Source of the DNA: Candidatus Krumholzibacteriia bacterium
GTDB lineage: Bacteria > Krumholzibacteriota > Krumholzibacteriia > WVZY01
Reading direction: 5' to 3'
Length of the DNA stretch: 17,676 bases
Assembly: GCA_036478295.1 (NCBI GenBank)
Contig: JAZGDW010000284.1
Location: 1-17,676 of the forward strand
Shown: piece after piece, positions 15,600-17,676 of the stretch
Numbering within the stretch: the stretch's first letter is position 1
How the letters are laid out: each line of letters opens with the position of its first letter
Notes under the pieces: generated by a model
Databases searched by the model: none
What the model was told of the DNA's origin: nothing
Seen by the model: only the letters and a program-made list of their open reading frames with translations
Program-made: the position numbers and the translations under genes

Positions 15600-16079
15600 C
15601 TATTTGCCGGAGGGTTTTCGAGGCCCACTTTGCTTGTCGCCAACGCGTCCGATCTTGACGTTTGCGGCCATGAAGTTCTGCCCTCTCACCGATGAGCCGG
15701 CCATTCGGCGAAGCATCGCGATCTGGCCGACGTGGGTCATCGCGTCGGACAGCGGCCCCTGGAAAACCTTCCGCAGAATGTCCTCTTCGGGCGAGTGTTC
15801 AACCAGCGCGCCATCCACCCGGGCCAGGAGTTCGTGAAACCGGGATATTTCATCATCGAACGCCAGGTCCGACTGAGGATCAGTATGCGCCGTGCCCGAT
15901 ACGTGGCGGTGCGCGGACGTAAGCGCATCGTTCATGTGATGGACGATCTCGTGCGGTGTTCGAACGCCGTGCCCGGCTTCGAAGCCACCAAACCCGGCTG
16001 GAGCGCCCCGCACGGCTGTCTGGAGCCTGTACGCGAGTGTCGCCAGATAATGTCGTATTGTGTCCGTTGCGCTTGCCAT
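15600..16079 (-). CDS. DinB/YfiT-superfamily protein
   Basis: Helical pattern with TPHEIVHHM and the C-terminal DAMTHVGQIAMLRR motif; ATG 16079 (GTG 16085 alternative). Confidence 0.7.
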   Translation of the reverse strand: MASATDTIRHYLATLAYRLQTAVRGAPAGFGGFEAGHGVRTPHEIVHHMNDALTSAHRHVSGTAHTDPQSDLAFDDEISRFHELLARVDGALVEHSPEEDILRKVFQGPLSDAMTHVGQIAMLRRMAGSSVRGQNFMAANVKIGRVGDKQSGPRKPSGK

Positions 16080-16091
16080 AAACACGGGGTC

Positions 16092-16196
16092 TTATTCACG
16101 CTTGTTCAGCATCTGCTCGAATGCCTCGATATTCCTTGCGAGATTTGGGCTCAACGGCAAAACGTCCCTGGAAACGCGCTCGTTCATCGCCGCCAT
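16092..16196 (-). CDS. Possible small ORF or gene remnant (34 aa, MAAMNERVSRDVLPLSPNLARNIEAFEQMLNKRE)
   Basis: Fills the gap between the VOC and DinB genes on the same strand; ends 12 nt before the DinB ATG; only a weak GGA RBS; no recognisable family. Confidence 0.25.
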   Translation of the reverse strand: MAAMNERVSRDVLPLSPNLARNIEAFEQMLNKRE

Positions 16197-16259
16197 TCTT
16201 TCCACCGGCTGTTCCCCGGGTCGGTCCCCCTTCCCGGGTTCGCCGGTCACGCGGCGGTC

Positions 16260-16613
16260 TCATTGATCGGACCACACGGCCAGCTCGTTCCCATCGGGAT
16301 CGGTAAAATGAAAGCGACTTCCCCCGGGAAAGTCGAACGGCTCCTTGGTGATCTTCCCACCGCACTCACTTATTTTGGCTGCCATCTCCTTCAAGTCCTT
16401 GGCGTAGATTACGGTCAGCGGGCCGCCCTGAGTTGTCGCCTTCGCCGTACGGAATCCCCCGGCAAGCCTGCCGTCGCTAAAGCTCGTGTAGTCCGGTCCG
16501 TAGTCGGTGAACACCCAGCCGAACACGCCGGAGTAGAATTTCTTGGCCTGGGCCGGATCGGTTGATGGAAACTCAATGTAATCTATGCGCCGTTCCTGTT
16601 CCTCCTGGCTCAT
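16260..16613 (-). CDS. VOC (glyoxalase/bleomycin resistance) family protein
   Basis: IDYIEF...AKKFYSGVFGW.FTDYGPDY and FPGGSRFHFTDPDGNELAVWS motifs; RBS AAGGAGG. Confidence 0.93.
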   Translation of the reverse strand: MSQEEQERRIDYIEFPSTDPAQAKKFYSGVFGWVFTDYGPDYTSFSDGRLAGGFRTAKATTQGGPLTVIYAKDLKEMAAKISECGGKITKEPFDFPGGSRFHFTDPDGNELAVWSDQ

Positions 16614-16668
16614 GATCTATTCCTCCTTGATTTCAGCTGCGATTCTCGCGCACGAGTCCCGCCGCATG

Positions 16669-17154
16669 TCAACCTGCCTCCTGCCGTCTCAACAATAGAA
16701 TGAATATCAATACGTGCGATACCAGTAAGGCCGGGACAACGACAGCAGGAATAAAATAGGTGGCTCCCATTTGTCCGTCCTGAGTGTAGCGCAGGCCGCG
16801 CGCGACGGCGTTGATCAAATCGAGGGTGCCCTCCACATTGAAGATCCAGACCAGCACGATGGCCAGGCGCCACGCTTTGCGAAGAGCCAGGATCGCCACC
16901 AAAGCCAGCACGGCCGCCAGAAGATCACCGTACGCGGCCGGCTCGGCAAATCGCGGATCGAGGGCCTCCGACGTAACACCGGTGATCAAGAAAGCCAACC
17001 CGATAAAGCGGAACGAGTGAAATAGCAGCAGTGGCGTAAGAGCGTTTGCCCGAGTCAGGGCCAGCAGACGCGGCATCACATACCACCTGGCGATCAGGCC
17101 GTAGGCGACGAAGGCCAATCCAATGCTGATTGGCAGGATTAATTCAAGCAGCAT
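16669..17154 (-). CDS. Hypothetical membrane protein (about 5 TM helices)
   Basis: RBS GGAGGAGG; hydrophobic helices with conserved-looking HSFRFIG, PAAYGDL, WIFN.EG.LD and YFIP...VP motifs. Confidence 0.8.
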   Translation of the reverse strand: MLLELILPISIGLAFVAYGLIARWYVMPRLLALTRANALTPLLLFHSFRFIGLAFLITGVTSEALDPRFAEPAAYGDLLAAVLALVAILALRKAWRLAIVLVWIFNVEGTLDLINAVARGLRYTQDGQMGATYFIPAVVVPALLVSHVLIFILLLRRQEAG

Positions 17155-17220
17155 TCGCCCATCCTCCTCCGGGTTGGGTCGTTGTGCGACTCCGGCGCCT
17201 CACAGGGTCCACGGGACGCC

Positions 17221-17484
17221 TTATACCGCGTCGTCAGTCTTCTCCCAGTAACCGAATTCCGGTTCGTAGCATGAGCCTTCGATATCGCCGACCTTATCCT
17301 GCATAAAGGCCTGTGCGTCCGCGATCGCTCGATTATAGACGGTCGGGCCGATCTCCTTGAGACAGAATTCCAGAAGCAGCGACGCCTTCAAGTCACCGAT
17401 CTCCTCGTCCATGTGCTCTTCGAAGTAGCGCTTGATCGACGCGATCAGGCGGTCTTCCACTTCTTTGGATAGCTTGTTTACCAT
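17221..17484 (-). CDS. DUF2164-like protein
   Basis: SIKRYF.E.MDEEIGDL.A.LLL.F...EIGP.VYN.AI.DA pattern; RBS GGAGG before ATG 17484. Confidence 0.8.
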   Translation of the reverse strand: MVNKLSKEVEDRLIASIKRYFEEHMDEEIGDLKASLLLEFCLKEIGPTVYNRAIADAQAFMQDKVGDIEGSCYEPEFGYWEKTDDAV

Positions 17485-17520
17485 GAGCCTCCAGGTGTTC
17501 AAGGCCTATCTCTAAGCCCC

Positions 17521-17676
17521 CTATCGCGCCAGTGCATACCGGTACACGGCATAGTCCTGCTCTTCGTGTAGAGTAATGCGGTAGATGAACCCGCCTGTCA
17601 CAATGGCGGTGCTGTTCAGGTTCGGCAGCGTCACCCTGCCGATATCCGTCCCATCGGGACTTAGCACGTCGAAGAT
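17521..17676 (-). CDS. C-terminal 51 aa of a gene entering from the window edge, probably a 6-bladed beta-propeller protein
   Basis: Open frame IFDVLSPDGTDIGRVTLP...YAVYRYALAR to TAG at 17523-17521; FDV.xPDG..xG.V.LP is typical of such C-termini. Confidence 0.55.
   Translation of the reverse strand: MFDVLSPDGTDIGRVTLPNLNSTAIVTGGFIYRITLHEEQDYAVYRYALAR

Noticed and set aside
16092..16262. Sec read-through of the VOC gene TGA (frame stays open 55 more codons, with a GC-rich hairpin downstream)
   Set aside because: The VOC domain already ends at its usual ELAVWS terminus, the position is not a Cys site, and the hairpin has a large loop unlike a SECIS.

Overview
GC-rich bacterial chromosomal window with about 20 genes. 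Left to right: 3' end of an O-antigen ligase-like gene; an ArnT/PMT-type (GT39/83) glycosyltransferase; an OmpA/YiaD-like lipoprotein with a strong terminator; a non-coding 5 x 43-bp tandem repeat; a standalone P5C dehydrogenase (pruA/rocA); a YbgC-like thioesterase; a minus-strand run nadE - CLC/CBS - eIF2B-like - archease - acyP; a small lipoprotein; an SGNH protein; a GT9 heptosyltransferase; and a minus-strand run of small accessory genes (GNAT, membrane proteins, lipoprotein, DinB, VOC, DUF2164). Main result: the ORF-track fragments 14684-15082 and 14459-14656, plus an uncalled downstream segment, form one reading frame (15061 to 14315, 248 aa) encoding a MerB (organomercurial lyase)-like protein. 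Both catalytic Cys positions are in-frame TGA codons, each followed by a bacterial SECIS-like hairpin, so it is most likely a double-selenocysteine MerB homologue lying outside any mer operon. All family calls come from motif recognition by eye, not from database searches.
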